Shown: positions 11,924 to 23,400, counted from the first letter of the stretch. The stretch is 64,000 nt of DNA from Octopus vulgaris (GCA_951406725.2 OX597831.1:44640001-44704000); one strand, 5' to 3'. Numbers and translations are program-made. The notes: generated from the sequence alone by a model not told the origin.

Positions 11924-14313
11924 CACTCGTGGAGTGGTTAGCGTTAGGAAGGGCATCCAGCCGTAGAAACACTGCCAGATCTGACTGGGCCTGACGAAGC
12001 CTTCCAGCTTCACAGACCCCAGTTGAACCGTCCAACCCATGCTAGCATGGAAAGCGGACGCTAAATGATGATGATGATGATGATGATGTATGTGTGTGTA
12101 ATGTTTGTGTGTCTGTGTTTGTTCCCCCAACATCGCTTGACAACCGATGCTGGTGTGTTTACGTCCCCGTCACTTAGCAGTTCGGCAAAAGAGACCGATA
12201 GAATAAGTACTGGGCTTACAAAGAATAAGTCCCAGCTACAGTATAATACTATAACAAAAATGTAGATGGAGACTTTCTTTAAATTTCATTGATTGCGTGA
12301 AAAATAAGGAAAGGACACTCAAAATAAATATTATGAATGAATAGCTAAGATTTCTATATTTAGTAGTAGTAGTTGTAGCAGCAGCAATATAGTCCCAGAT
12401 CAACTCTAATTGAGCAGACCTATGATCAAAGGCATTCCTGTCAAGACCATCCTGTCTTCTTAGGAATCTCTAGAATTACATGGTTTAATGTGCCTGTTCA
12501 TTTTTTTAAGATGGCAGACAAAGGAGATTTAGCTATTACTTTTAGTAGATCAAACAACCATGAAGCAGCACACTTACTGGTTCATTAGTGGGAGTTGTTG
12601 TTTATGTTGCTGTAACTGAAGTTGTAGCTCAGAACCCCAACTTGGTTCTATTGTAGTTTAAGCTAGTCATGGACACAAAGACGAAACTCATGACTTCTGC
12701 CTGTGCAGGACCTCCCAAACTGGTAAGACTGATGTTCAGCTCGAATATCTGGAGGTTAATGCTCGCAAGAAAAGTGTAAACTGGTGGAGGGCAGAGTACC
12801 ATAGTTTTAAGGGGTAGCGCCTGTTTGGTATGAGGTATTTGAGTTGGGTATAAAAGGTACATGTGTTGAAGATTAACCCTTTCGTTACTGTATTTCTATT
12901 GAGATGCTCTGTGTTTCTTTCAATTAATTTTAAATACGACAAAGAATTTAGTGAAATAACTTAGTTATCATTAAGTTAGTGTTAGGAACATAAATTGTGA
13001 CTAAGGTTTGGTGGAAGATTTTAATTCAGAACTTATGAAAGCAAGACATTTGTACTGCAGAGCCAGAGGCAGTTTCAGCCGGGTTGGTATCAAAAGGGTT
13101 AAGGAAGAATGAAAGGTAGTATCATTTGCATTGGAGTGTGTGTTGTTAGAAAGGACAGCAAGTAGATGGTTAATGAACAGAGAAGGAAAAGTGCAGGAGA
13201 CATGACTTGACCTTGGGGTATGCTAGAGTTGACTTCTGACCTCTATTGTATAATGCTTGCTTGCAATATGTGATGCTGAATGGAAATTAGATGTGGAGAC
13301 TGAATGTAGAGGAGGAATGAAGCTTTGAAAGAAATGAAGCAAGCACTACTTGTTGCATGTGTAAATGTTATTGTGCATAAGTGATGTGGTATGGATGAGC
13401 AGAGAGAAAAAAACCCCAGAAAATAAGAGGAATCAGATACAGTGTACAAGAGAGACAACTGCATTGATAATAACATGTTATGCATACAGATGATAAGAAA
13501 TGGATAAAGTGCCAAGAGATCCAAATGGAAGGAAACTGAAAGTGAAAGACCAAGGAAGACATAAACAGAATTGATGAAAGCTGATCCTAGGATACTGAGC
13601 CAGGAGGTGACAAAGAAATTCAAAAAATTATGACATTGTGGATAAAGGACCAGTCCAACCCATAGGAGCCTAGAAAAGCAGATGTAAAAATGATAATAAT
13701 GATTCTTGAACACAGAAGTAGCCAGCCAAATATGTAGAAAGTAACAACAAATCTTGAACTGCAAATATAAGCTATTAGACATGTTGAGTTCTAAAATTTG
13801 TTGTATACTGGGGAGTTTTGCTGTTGTCCCATAATATCTTTTGTAGACATACAGTCCAGAGGTTTAGGAATTATATTAAACAAATTTTCTTACCTGAAAC
13901 ATCAGTTCCAACATATCTCTCCGTGCATCTTGGCGCATCAATAATAAGTCTAAGGGATTCAGTTCAGCAATGTCTAACTGACTATCTTCTGACAACGCAG
14001 TTGACCTGAAATTTATATTTAAATAACATCAATAGATTTTTTTTTTCTCAAGTTGAAATAATGTCAACAACACAAAAGATTTAACTGAATCGGCCTGTTT
14101 TAAATTTCAATATTCAACAAGTAAATGTTTCTTTTTTGTTAAATTAATATAGTGGCTGTGTGGTAAGTAGCTTGCTAACCAACCACATGGTTCCGGGTTC
14201 AGTCCCACTGCGTGGCATCTTGGGCAAGTGTCTTCTGCTATAGCCCCGGGCCGACCAATGCCTTGTGAGTGGATTTGGTAGACGGAAACTGAAAGAAGCC
14301 TGTCGTATATATG

Positions 14314-14346
<33 letters not shown>

Positions 14347-14814
14347 CTGTGTTTGTCCCCCTAGCATTGCTTGACAACCGATGCTGGTATGCTTACATCC
14401 CCGTCACTTAGCGGTTCGGCAAAAGAGACCGATAGAATAAGTACTGGGCTTACAAAGAATAAGTCCCGAGGTCGATTTGCTCGACTAAAGGCGGTGCTCC
14501 AGCATGGCCGCAGTCAAATGACTGAAACAAGTAAAAAAGTAAGTAAAAAGTAAAGTATGAACTGTATTCAATATAACGATATTCATTAGAAAGAAAAATC
14601 AAGTATCTGAGAAAAATAAATGCATGGTGAAGACTGAGTGAAGTGCAGGAGTGGCTGTGTGGTAAGAAGCTCACTTCCCAACCACGTGGTTCCAGGTTCA
14701 GTCCCACTGCATGGCACCATAGGCAAATGTCTTCTACTATAACCTCGGGCCGACCAAAGCCTTGAAAGTGGATTTGGTAGATGGAAACTATAAGAAGCCC
14801 ATTGTATGTATGTA

Positions 14815-14879
<65 letters not shown>

Positions 14880-17800
14880 ATGCATGCATGTATTTGTGTG
14901 TCTATGTTTGTCTCCCTACCATTGCTTGTCAACTAATGTTGGTGTGTTTACATCCCCATACCTTAGCAGTTCAGCAAAAGAGATTGATAGAATAAGTACT
15001 AGGCTTACAAAGAATAAGTCCTGGGGTCGATTTGTTCAGTCTCTTTTGCCAAGCCGCTAAGTTACGGGAACATAAACACACCAACACCGGTTGTCAAGGG
15101 ATGGTGGGGAGACAAACACACAAACACAAATACATATATATCATCATCATCATCATCATCGTTTATATATATATGTTTCCGTCTACCAAATCTACTCACA
15201 AGGCTTTGGTTGGCCCGAGGCTATAGTAGAACATACTTGCCCAAGGTGCCACACAGTGGGACTGAACCCAGTACCATTTGGCTGGAAAGTAAGCTTCTTA
15301 CCACATAGTCACTCCTGCACCTATGAAAACATTTTTATCGATCCGTCCTTGATGATGATGATGATGATGATGGTGATGACATATAATAACTACCTATGTG
15401 ACACAGTAAGTCAATCCTATGAAGCTGCTATGCTATGAAACAAAGATGGAAAATCAAGAAAGTGGCAAATTTACCAGTGGTTATGGTCTTGGTTTAAAGG
15501 TGTTGACAGTCTCGTAGCAAACTGGAGCGACGATGAAGTGGACATAGTGTAGGGCAGTGAGCTGCTGTTGGCAACGATTGCTGCTGTTGTAGTTGTGAGA
15601 TCAGAGTCACCTCTGTCAAAGCTTGCTCCCTCAGAGTTGTGTCGGTGACCGAGTACTTCCCTCATCTGTAAACAATGGATGCAGTCACACTCAAACTCAT
15701 CATCAGCGTCGGCACTGTCAGAGTCTCTCTCGAGATCTGAATGCGTATCAGACTGCAACGGGAAAAACCACAACAGGTACAATTAACACAGGGAAAAAAA
15801 CAAAAAAAAATAATATAAAATAAATAAATAAATGAATGAATAAACCATTTAGTTGGCTGGAGCAAAAATTTATTACAAGAAGTGTGGTAGGTGAATCTTT
15901 GCAACTATTGCTGTACCTGGTTCAAGCTGATACTGAGACCTGAGACAGACCTTGAGACTTCTTGCCTTAGTTTTAGATTTAATATCACACTAGATGATTT
16001 GACTATTTCAATCCATCAACTAGTCTTGTTGTGAGAGTGAGAATACCCTGAAAAAGGGGTTTACTGTGACATTTTCTGGGCTTATTAAAAAGATTCAATG
16101 GCAGTGCTGCAAACTTGACAAAATGACTTCACCAAATGAATTATAAACTCCTCATCATGCTTAATCCTTTCGATATCAACCCGGCTTAAACTGCCTCTGG
16201 CTCTGTAGTACAAATGTCTTGCTTTCAAAAGTTCTGAAGTAAAATCTTCCACCAAACCTTTGTTACAATTTATGTTGCAAACACTAGCTTAATGATAACG
16301 AAGTTATTTCGCTAAACAGAAATACTGTAACAAAAGGGTTAATCCTTCACATGATTTCACACCACTATTTTTACTGGAGTCCAACTCAGCAGCATGCATT
16401 AGGGATTAAGTCTACCATCCGAAAATACCTCCCTTCAACTAATTTCAGATTCCCTGTAAGGAATCAATTCACTAACCCTGTCCAAACTGGACAATAAAAA
16501 CAAAAATCCACAGCTAAGTAAACTAGACTATGAAGATCACACAGCGTTTCCAGTGACAGGACACAAAATGGCTTTTACTTACCCCAGCCCCTACAGTTTG
16601 AATGCACAATAAATCTCTGATATCCAAGTAGCTGAAAAATGTCAGCAGAAGAACACCTAGGCCTGGCCAACACCTTAGAGTGTAAGATGTTAAGGGCTTA
16701 CCTGAAGGGGTTTTCTTCTCTCTGAAGACGTTCTGTTGTTCAGCTCTCCTAAGAGTTTCTTACCACTGTATAGACTTAGTAAAATGTGGCCGTATGCCAC
16801 AATTTACCTAATTAAAAATGTGTTCTACCCTAATTGGTTTACACACACATACACAAAAAAACAAACAAGTCTCTAATTATTGCAATAGTTGAAACAAAAT
16901 TCTTAAATTTGTAGACACATTTAACCAGCATAAATATAACAAAAGTAAAATAAATTATAGATATATATTTGAGTAGGTATGTAATGTTCATGCCTTTCCT
17001 AAGAACATTAGTGTTGTAAGAGTGAAAGTACATGGCGCAGTAGTTATGGGTATTCGGCTCATGATTCTAAGGTGCTGAGTTCAATCTCCGGCGATGCATT
17101 GTGTCCTTGAGCAAGATACTTTATTTGATGCTGCTCCAGTCCACTCAGTTGTCAAAAATGAGTAGTATTTGTATTTCAAAAGGGCCAGCCTTGTCACACT
17201 CTGTGTCATGCTGAATCTTCCTGAGAACTATGGTGAGTACACGTGTCTGTGGAGTGCTCAGCCACACGCATGTTAATTTCATGAGCACGCTGTTCAACTG
17301 GAACCCTTGGCATTGTAACCAGCAGAGTGCCAGGGTTGTAAGTGAAATAAAATATCTTCAATTAGGAAATAAAACTGCATAGCAGCAATAGGGATCTCTT
17401 ACTTCACATCCCTTCAAAGGTGCAAAATGAGTGGTGATTTGTTGACAGGACAAGTGAGGACAATTCCACTTGTAGCTCATGTGAGTATGTGTGTACATAT
17501 ATGTGTATACATGTATATACATGTATGTGTATATATATATAGAGAGAGAAAGAGAGCAATAAGAAAATGGAGGGGATCAATAGGTGGTATTCATCAACTT
17601 TTAGACATTACATTATGTCAATTTATTTACTAAAAGGACAATTATAACAATATACATACATGTATAACATATTATGCTTTACATATATAATATATAAAAT
17701 ATAAAAATATCGGTAATTATTAAAATATATAACATAGAGCATGTGTACTGGTGAAAGATATATGCTTTATCAAGAAATTTCTGATTAACTAGTGCGTCAA

Positions 17801-20800
17801 ACAAAACACCTTGTCATACTTATTCTGCCCAGGCTGCATAGACACTCCCTTGTCACTCTCAAATCAGAAACATAGTAATTAGTCCATAAGATGTACATGA
17901 ACTAACTTCTGGACAATATGAAAAAAAAAATCAATTTCTGGACTTCTGTACAATAATTAAAAAACAAAAGCACTTCTGACAAAAAAAAAAAACACTTCTG
18001 ACAAAAAAAAACACTTGGGGACAATAAAATAAAAAACAAATTCTGGATTTCTGTGCAATACGTAAGCAGATTAGTTTCAGAATGATTCTATTAAGGTACT
18101 TACTTCACTATGGCAGTCAGCATCGATTGCAATGTCAATTAATGTTGACTCACTGGGGGGTAAATCCCAGAAATCCCAGGTAGATGGTTTGCATTTATTA
18201 CAAGCACAATGTGCTTGATTGAGTCCTGTATAATCATCCTCATCCGAACAATGTACATCGTTTTGACTGCAACCCACATTAATTAAACTGGAAACGTTTT
18301 CATTGGAATAACTATATAAATCGTCTAATAAAGGCCAAGTTCGTATCTGTGACTTTTCTGTGTTTTTCTCTTGGTCACAGCTATTGAAGTCTTCGGCGAC
18401 TCCCCCGGTTGGCAAAGCTTTGCTTGCTTTATCTGCCTCTGTGTTTAAACTATCAACAATGTTCCAAGATGGAGGTAGAGCTTGGTCAGGATCACAAACA
18501 TTTAAAATGTCCAAGCTGCTTGAACTGCTGTAATTAACAAGCGACGGCCGAGAGCTCTGTAAATTACCCAATACAGGATCGGTGGGGTTACAGTTGCCCA
18601 ACCGTTCCTTAACAGGAGCACTGTTTCTCATGTATCTCCGATTCCCTTTTGCACCTTGTTTTGAAGGCAATGGTGGCAACTTGAATTCTTCATTGTCCTT
18701 CGAGTTATTTTCTGTTGTATTTTCATGTCGTTTAGATACAATTCCAGAACGTTTCCGTAACCTCCAGTGAGGAGTCACAGTTTTTGCTGCGGCGTCTGAA
18801 TCAGTTTCACTCGAGTGACTCAAACCCAAACAGGGTACATTAGAATGTAACGCAGCTAAGCAGCCACCGGCTATTAATGGTACATTTTCAACTGTTTCTG
18901 AAGAAGAAAGAAAACCTAAGTGTTACTCATTTAACCAGTGGTTATATCTTCTAACAACAACAACAGCAACAACAACATATATAACTTAAAATCAATTCAA
19001 AATCATAGAAGTGGTTACAGTTTGAAGATGAATAAATAACGTAGATTTATTTCAAAAGAATAAAACTAATGGCTAGGTATTTGTAGAAAATGCAACTATA
19101 CTGAGTGTGCAAGTGACTGCGTGTGTGTGCATGTACAGAGGAGTACTTTTGGTTCCATATGTATTTGAAGACTCTTATAGAATAGTGAGTATATATGTAT
19201 ATAATGGCTATATGCTGTGCTTGAGAAGACTTGCCAAGCCAAGTGAGATCGTAGTTGTAGCTGATGTCAGGGTCATGTAACTGGCATGTAAAAAGCACAC
19301 TCTTGGAGTGGTTGGCATTAGGAAGGGCATGCCAAATCAGACTGGAACTGGGCACAGCTCTCCAGTTTCAGTCAAACTGTCCAACCCATGCCAGCATGGA
19401 AAGGAGATGTTAAATCGTCGTCGTCATCGTTTAATGGCAGCGGCAACAACGATGAATGCCCTGATCATCATCATCATCATCGTTCAACGGCGGTGGCAGA
19501 GACGACGGCGAATGCCCTGATGCAGTACCAGACAGTGGCTCTGATGGCTTCTGATCTTAGCTGACTGGAAGTGTTATCATGTAGATTGTTTTGTCTTGGT
19601 ATAAAAGATGGGCTTCAGCAAATATTCTGCTCAATACCAGATTTGCTTGACCTAAACCAATCGAGCATGTCCCTTAGTGGCTGACAATATGTGCATCTTT
19701 GATCACGAGCAGTGGGGAAGCATCAAAGCCAAGTGTTGAGAGGAATTTTGGTGGGTTTGAATAATTCACCTCTGGAAAAATGGGTGTTTTGTTCATCATC
19801 CTTAAACAACCTTCATTCAGGGACCTTTTGAGCAGGATAGGCTACTCAACCCGAAGAAAATTCTAACAGGGTCCCACCTGCAAGGTCATGTGCAGTTTAT
19901 CTTGATACAAGGTCACCATTTCATGCACATATGATTGTGATGCATGTGCCTGATGTACCCTTATCAGATGGGTATACTGGGCTTTGTATATTTGTACCCC
20001 AGTGTCACTTTGATGGCATACATTGCTCTCTCACTCAATAATAATAATAATAATAATAGTCAAGATGAAGAGCGTGATTCGATCGTAAGATATTTTATTA
20101 GTTGAATGATATTTCAACAGTACGTCTGTCTTTGTCAAGTTCAAAATATGAAGTGACAAAGACAGACGTACTGTTGAAATATCGTTCAACAAATAAAATA
20201 TTTTACAATCGAATCGTGCTCGTCTTGACTGTTTACCTTTGTGAAGAGTTACTTCAATCCTTTTCTAAAATACAATAATAATAATAATAATAATAATAAT
20301 AGTCCTTTCTGTTCAAGACACAAGGCCTGAAATTTCGGGGAAGGGAACTGGTTGATTACAGCAACTCCAGTGTTTCACTGGTACTTAATTTATTGACCCT
20401 GAAAGGATGAAAGGCAAAGTCGACTTTGGTGGTATTTGAACCCAGAATGTAGCGACAAATGAAATATCACTAAGCATTTCGCCCAGTGTGCTAACGAATC
20501 TGCAAGCTCATTGCCTTATAATAATAATAATTATTATTAATATTATTATTAAATAATAATCATAATAATAATAATAATGTTTGTTGTAACTCGGGAGGGT
20601 CATTATGTCAATAACAAACACATGCACAAGTTCTATTTTACTTCTTTATTTTCATTTATCAGTTGGTTAACTAGATAACTACTTAACTAATCAATTGATA
20701 TAACCTTTCAGTCAATCAATCAATCAATCAATCAGCTAGGCTTGTCAAAGTCCTTCAGTCACTATTCCTGACTTCATCAATATAGAATCTGAACATGTGT

Positions 20801-22385
20801 TTATTATTAGCACAAAACCATTCTGAGATTCGACAAAATATATTCCAACACATAAGTTCACATCAAGAATCTTCGAAACCAAATAAAATAATGAAATAAT
20901 AATGATAATGTGAGAATTCAATAACGATACAGGTAACAACAAACACATTCAGATTTTACCTTCTAATCCACCTTTCATTTTCTTCTTCTGTCGTAAGTAA
21001 TTTTTAGTTCCTTCGTGTATGGAATCAGATGAACAAGCAGTTTCTCCATTGCGGTGCTTTCTTAAAGTCTGAGATTTTCGTTTCTGTTTCTTAGGTTCTT
21101 GTTCCTCGTTTTGAGCAGTTCCCCGGTATTGCTGATGTGAAGAATTCCGTATGTAATCATCTTCGAATATTGAACTACAATCGGTTATGTCTGAATCACT
21201 ACTGGACAATTCAAAGAAGCTTTTATCATCACTACTTATGAGACGGCTCAGCCTACATTCCAGCATTTTAAAGGTCTGAGCTTGAATACTATGTGAACTG
21301 TCTTCGAAGGAACATACAGGCGACGTTGATATTTTGGTGACGGCTGTAAAAGGAGCCGATGTAGTCTTCAGCTGATGAGGGTAAGAAATAATTTGTTTCT
21401 GATAACGACTTAGATTTAAGTCTGTGTGGGAAGAAGACAACATGCAGTTTGAGTTATTGTGGTCTGTGGTTTGGGTTAGGTCACAATCATCTGCACGTAA
21501 ATTAAACATTCCAGGGCTTCGTTCAAGCATGCAACTGTCAGTCTTTAGATCAATTTCATTTTCAGATTTTGAACAATTATCATCTTTTTGGTGTTTAGTA
21601 TAAGGCGTTGGTTTGGGCAGTGAAATAGCAACAGAATTTTTTAATAATTCTGCTTGGTTATCTATATTTATATCGACATTAGCAGAGTCTACTGTTGACA
21701 ATAAGGGCATTTTATTTGTAGACAGAATAGGAGAAGGTATAGGCATATCATTTAGAAGCTTAGATGTTTCACAAACGGCAATCGAATCATTATCCATTAA
21801 ATTTCTTCTTGCCAAATGGTAGCGACTGTTTCTCATTGCCCCCTTACCTTTCAGTGGCAAGGTTTGTGTTGAAAAGTGAAATGTCTGATTGACGTAACTA
21901 GTTAAGGGAGATGACACAGCGAAAGATGAAGTTGAAGACGATAAAGCTTTACGTAAGGCCTTTCCTGCATTTTTCCATCTTTGCAAAGGTTCATCTTGGT
22001 CGCAAGGATTCTCTTGAATAGAATTTAAAGGTTTTATATCTGGTAAAATGGAATGACGGTTCGACAGAAAGCTGCTTGACGTAGTCAAGGAAGAAAAATT
22101 TAAGTCTACAGAGGTGTTTTCCTGACAAGCATTATCTTGCCCTTCATCAGTTTTCTGACTGAAACGTGCTGACTTGGACTTACTTAACGTTAAAAGAGAT
22201 GAGTAAACTTTAGGTCTTGCCCCTTTTATAGTAATTGAAGTGGCAGTAACATTGCTGTGGGGTAAATCATCAGGATTGTCTGTGCCACTTGCATCATCTG
22301 AAGAATCAGATGCGTTTTCATTCATAGATAAATGTTGCTGTGGATTTTGATGATTATCCTGCATCTTAGCAACCCAAAACAACAT
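279..22385 (-). CDS. Spliced gene model (7 coding exons, ~960 aa): RING-H2 E3 ubiquitin ligase, Praja (PJA1/PJA2)-like architecture
   Basis: Hand-assembled exon chain; every intron is GT..AG, phases 1,0,2,0,1,0 are compatible, and the total of 2883 nt equals 961 codons including TAG. C-terminus: ...QAPPPAPLTLIDNLQTVVVTQEDINEEASCPICLCPWELEEKMAKLPCHHLFHMLCIRAWLIKSGTCPVCRHVL*. This is a C3H2C3 RING-H2 preceded by PPPA, as in the Praja/RNF126/RNF115 group; the long disordered N-terminus favours Praja. The start is ATG 22385 (MLFWVAK) or 22364 (MQDNHQ). Confidence 0.88.
520..625 (-). mobile_element. tRNA-derived CORE-type SINE fragment
   Basis: Reverse complement of the ggctgtgtggtaag...ggttcagtcccactgca...ccttgggcaagtgtcttct family. 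Confidence 0.8.
1130..1395 (+). mobile_element. 3' end of a CR1/L2-like LINE
   Basis: Reverse-complement match to the 3' part of the element at 49660-50350; ends cacctgagcactgtatacaataatttcattattatt. Confidence 0.65.
1500..3100. repeat. Diverged tandem array of a ~350-bp unit (about 3.3 copies) in the last intron
   Basis: The landmark agaagcag...cattatcaatgtcac...gtatttc.tccaggg..ggtccctttaaagac recurs at about 1517, 2292, 2638 and 2996; the first copy is interrupted by MITEs. Confidence 0.85.
1612..2057 (+). mobile_element. TTAA-type (piggyBac-like) MITE family A, carrying a nested inverted copy at 1780-1998
   Basis: TIRs CCCTTTAG...CTAAAGGG. The inner copy is flanked by TTAA (1776-1779, 1999-2002); the outer copy ends in TTAA at 2058. 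Confidence 0.85.
3231..3346 (-). CDS. Coding exon 6 (RING-H2, first six ligands)
   Basis: tttcatttcaag|AT ... AAG|gtaagc. Reads EEASCPICLCPWELEEKMAKLPCHHLFHMLCIRAWLIK. Confidence 0.93.
3618..4108 (+). mobile_element. MITE family A copy interrupted by an RTE-tail repeat (3800-4077)
   Basis: ttaa|cctttt...aatctgaatgtcacaggg|ttaa; the insert ends in (gat)n. Confidence 0.75.
5588..5989 (+). mobile_element. Dimeric tRNA-derived SINE (second family; central gcctttcatcctttcggggtcgataaa domain)
   Basis: Head ggcggcgagctggcagaa with B-box-like gagttcaaattcc. The body module is duplicated. A 14-bp TSD attattcagtgcat lies at 5574-5587 and 5990-6003. Older copies follow at about 6010-6600. Confidence 0.85.
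6640..7140 (-). pseudogene. 5'-truncated RTE-clade LINE ORF2 C-terminus
   Basis: ...LRIRWPEHISNMELW...KWNWIG...ALQWNP.G.RKKGRPKKSWRR is typical of RTE ORF2 ends; the upstream part encodes FNTNIKAVLLYGAETW. Confidence 0.85.
8230..8490 (+). pseudogene. Tigger/pogo transposase N-terminal HTH remnant
   Basis: RKMLTIAEKVRLLDMLKEG*RHADVGYHYGINVSTVCYIKK is a psq/CENP-B-type HTH with an in-frame stop. Confidence 0.8.
9030..9407. mobile_element. Young fold-back MITE with ~105-bp TIRs and 8-bp TSD
   Basis: Arms at about 9030-9137 and 9305-9407 are nearly perfect reverse complements. CAACTAAG is duplicated at 9022-9029 and 9408-9415. Confidence 0.85.
9782..10180 (+). mobile_element. CORE-type SINE with a second-family SINE nested at ~9927-10160
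   Basis: The host motif agaaa(t/c)tgaa(a/g)gaag is repeated on both sides of the insert. Confidence 0.8.
10217..10876 (-). mobile_element. Penelope-like element remnant with inverted pseudo-LTR ends
   Basis: ~70-bp inverted arms (10217-10286 and 10807-10876) next to (TA)n, plus an internal hammerhead motif. Confidence 0.7.
10280..10359 (-). ncRNA. Minimal type-I hammerhead ribozyme, intact core
   Basis: Minus strand: UUC-CUGAAGA-[GAAAGACACAAU...AUUGUGCCUUUC]-GAAA-CACGUG-UA^GAA. Stem II is 12 bp with one mismatch; stem III is the palindrome ACACGUGU. Confidence 0.75.
11372..11492 (-). CDS. Coding exon 5 (PPPA pre-RING motif)
   Basis: ctctttaacag|AAT ... ATCA|gtaagc, 121 nt. Reads NVILQMLAVHPDLLNDQAPPPAPLTLIDNLQTVVVTQEDI. 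Confidence 0.9.
11718..12232 (+). mobile_element. CORE-type SINE with an RTE-tail repeat inserted in its (TA)n tract (11925-12087)
   Basis: Family consensus head and CORE (ggcatcttgggcaagtgtcttct); the body resumes after (gat)n. Confidence 0.8.
12877..13098 (+). mobile_element. TTAA-type MITE family B
   Basis: ttaa|ccctttcgttactgtatt...ggttggtatcaaaaggg|ttaa. Other copies at about 16165-16338 (-), 22502-22721 (+) and 57828-58047 (-). Confidence 0.85.
13894..14005 (-). CDS. Coding exon 4
   Basis: tttcag|G ... CAG|gtaaga, 112 nt. Reads (W)STALSEDSQLDIAELNPLDLLLMRQDARRDMLELMFQ with no stop. Not in the ORF track. Confidence 0.85.
14151..15035 (+). mobile_element. Two tandem CORE-type SINE copies
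   Basis: Copies at about 14151-14535 and 14645-15035, with a tRNA-like A/B-box head and an internal (TG)n. Confidence 0.85.
15036..15320 (-). mobile_element. CORE-type SINE, inverted relative to its neighbours
   Basis: Reverse complement of the same family. Confidence 0.85.
15475..15752 (-). CDS. Coding exon 3 (acidic, CxCxxC-containing)
   Basis: Acceptor tttttcccgttgcag|TCT; donor CACTG|gtaaat (phase 2). Reads SDTHSDLERDSDSADADDEFECDCIHCLQ...NH. Confidence 0.85.
17033..17330 (+). mobile_element. Distinct tRNA-derived CORE-like SINE (reverse copy at ~25085-25310)
   Basis: tggcgcagtagtta...gagttcaatctcc...tgtgtccttgagcaagatactt. Confidence 0.65.
18104..18897 (-). CDS. Coding exon 2
   Basis: Acceptor ttttctttcttcttcag|AA; donor GAA|gtaagt. 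Reads ETVENVPLIAGG...DADCHSE, in frame with the 250-aa ORF. Confidence 0.88.
20058..20230. repeat. Long fold-back hairpin (PLE-type inverted end) inside (AAT)n
   Basis: Arms 20058-20137 and 20154-20230; the inner 30 bp are perfectly complementary. Confidence 0.85.
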
Positions 22386-22394
22386 TGAAACGCC
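20960..22394 (-). CDS. Coding exon 1 (large Ser-rich low-complexity exon; ATG at 22385 or 22364)
   Basis: 493-aa ORF. Acceptor ttctcatttcag|GGCG at 22394; donor GAAG|gtaaaa at 20960 (phase 1). Confidence 0.88.
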
Positions 22395-22962
22395 CTGAAA
22401 TGAGAACCAAAGCTTATATAAATAAAACAAATCATATGGTCAAAGATTATATATTAAAATGTCAGTGTAAAAAGAAATAATTAATTTGCCCTAATATTTA
22501 ACCCTTTCATTACTGTATTTATTTTGAGATTCTCTGTGTTTCTTTCAATTACTTTAAATATAACAAAGAATTTAGTAAAATAACTTAGTTATCATTAAGC
22601 TAGTGATAGGAACATAAATTGTGACTAACGTTTGGTGGAAGATTTTAATTCAAAACTTATGAAAACAAGACATTTGTACTCAGAGCTAGAGCCGGTTTCA
22701 GCCGGGTTGGTAATAAAAGGTTTAACACTGAAACAAAACCAAGCTTTCACTACCAGCATAACATAATTACAACTAACAGTATTACAACATTATTATTGAC
22801 TGACAGTTAAGCTAGGATTGAATACAGAATGCATCTGTATATTTGAATAATGTAGGGATACAAGAATGAAAAATTAGGGAAATATGAGATTTGAGCCTGC
22901 ATCCTTTAATATAAAATCTTGGAATACTAACAAATACAAAGTGGTATTAAAAAGTTCCTGCA

Positions 22963-23400
22963 TTAGTTCTGTGAGAGCTGGCAGCAACCTTCATGGGGCA
23001 GTGTGTTGTGTGACATCACTGTGTTTACTCCGCATGTTGTGAAATTTGTGCTTTTGTGATCACATGTATGCTGTGGTCTGATTTTGGTAATGGACAGGAA
23101 CAAAGAGCCAACGTGAAATTTGTCGTTAAACTTTGGAAGTCTGCTACAGAGACATTGACCATGCTTTGACAAGCTTACAGTGACGAGTCGTCAACAATGT
23201 TTCAAGTGGCACGGGTGCTTCAAAAGTGGAAGGACATCCCTGGAAGACAATAAGCAATCTGGAAGACTCGTCACGAGCATCACCCCTGGAAATGTGGTAC
23301 TGTGCATTGAGAATTTATCCCCCAGGGCCAAACCATAAATTGAGAGTTCTACTGCAATGTTTTGAAGCATCTGAGGGAGAACAATCAGCAAAAGTGATCA
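22963..23400 (+). pseudogene. Mariner transposase N-terminal remnant
   Basis: Frameshifted EQRANVKF..KL.KSATETL.ML...AY...QCFKWH..FKSGRTSLED...SGR matches the mariner HTH. Confidence 0.75.

Noticed and set aside
11598-12265. Recurrent 60-170 aa ORFs (MDGSTGV..., ...YIYIY..., HTHTH, EDTCPRCHAVGLNPEP)
   Set aside because: They are translations of SINE/RTE-tail repeats and microsatellites recurring throughout the window, not genes.
13243-13782. 179-aa hydrophobic ORF
   Set aside because: Antisense to a decayed, purine-rich RTE-like 3' end; no splice or domain support.
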